Shown here piece by piece: positions 63,539-64,000 of a stretch of DNA of 64,000 nucleotides. The first letter of the stretch is position 1. Each line of letters begins with the position of its first letter. Under the pieces are notes generated by a model. That model had not been told where the DNA came from and made no database searches. It was given only the letters and a program-made list of their open reading frames with translations. This DNA comes from Octopus vulgaris. Its lineage: Eukaryota. The position numbers and the translations under genes are program-made. The stretch spans positions 8,432,001 through 8,496,000 of the forward strand of contig OX597816.1 of NCBI GenBank assembly GCA_951406725.2, in the 5' to 3' direction.

Positions 63539-63617
63539 GTATGTACAAGAACAGTTAGATATTGGCCACTTTGATGTTAACTACCATGTTTTTGCAAAGA
63601 TATTTGAGAATTTCAAG
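63539..63617 (+). CDS. SF3B2: SF3B2 coding exon; gene continues beyond the window
   Basis: (E)YVQEQLDIGHFDVNYHVFAKIFENFK matches the SF3B2 EIEYV...F..IFE.FK motif; phase 2-0. Confidence 0.88.
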
Positions 63618-64000
63618 GTATGTATTAGGATTTAGGAAGTCATATGAAAAGTATTTTACTAATTTTTGTTTTATATTGCACAATATTTTCATGTTTGAAG
63701 ACAAGAATTAACTTCCGAGCAACATTTGCAAAGCCCACAGCAATTGCAATCACATGAATGTTTACAGTGAAGGAAGAGTTGTGATTTTATTTCCTAATAT
63801 ACTGTATTTGTAAGGTTACACTATACTTTATAAATAAATTACAGCTGGAGACGAATTGTTAAGCATTTGCAATAAAGTTAAAGCAAAATTATTTAGACTT
63901 CTAGGTATGCTTTGATCAAATTGGTGTATGTTGGGGCAACATTTGTTCTCATTACAGCCCTAGATATTTATTTGTAAATGCTGATATTGATATTGAAAAA

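Overview
AT-rich, repeat-dense eukaryotic (animal) genomic DNA. The SINE/LINE/microsatellite content suggests a coleoid cephalopod, probably Octopus (inference). Host genes, all on the + strand: (1) the last two coding exons of an invertebrate claudin/PMP22-type tetraspan gene (714-4513); (2) the 5' half of SF3B2/SAP145 (about 46.0 kb to beyond the window end; nine coding exons reconstructed with consistent splice phases); (3) an upstream tandem, internally deleted SF3B2 paralog (about 12.4-31.7 kb) that joins the N-terminal micro-exons directly to the PSP-domain exons. Mobile DNA includes a head-to-tail trio of Tx1/L1-clade LINEs, each preceded by an (ATT)n tract, an R4/Dong-like RLE LINE, many RTE fragments whose 3' UTR carries a 63-bp hairpin minisatellite, CR1 tails, Tc1/mariner relics, MITEs, non-autonomous Helitrons and three tRNA-derived SINE families. 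The most striking unexplained structure is a ~330-bp fold-back element in an SF3B2 intron (60.5-60.8 kb). It carries a minimal type I hammerhead ribozyme at the tip of a long stem, and a diverged second copy (40.9-41.7 kb) shows compensatory base changes. All alignments were made by eye, and repeat boundaries are approximate.
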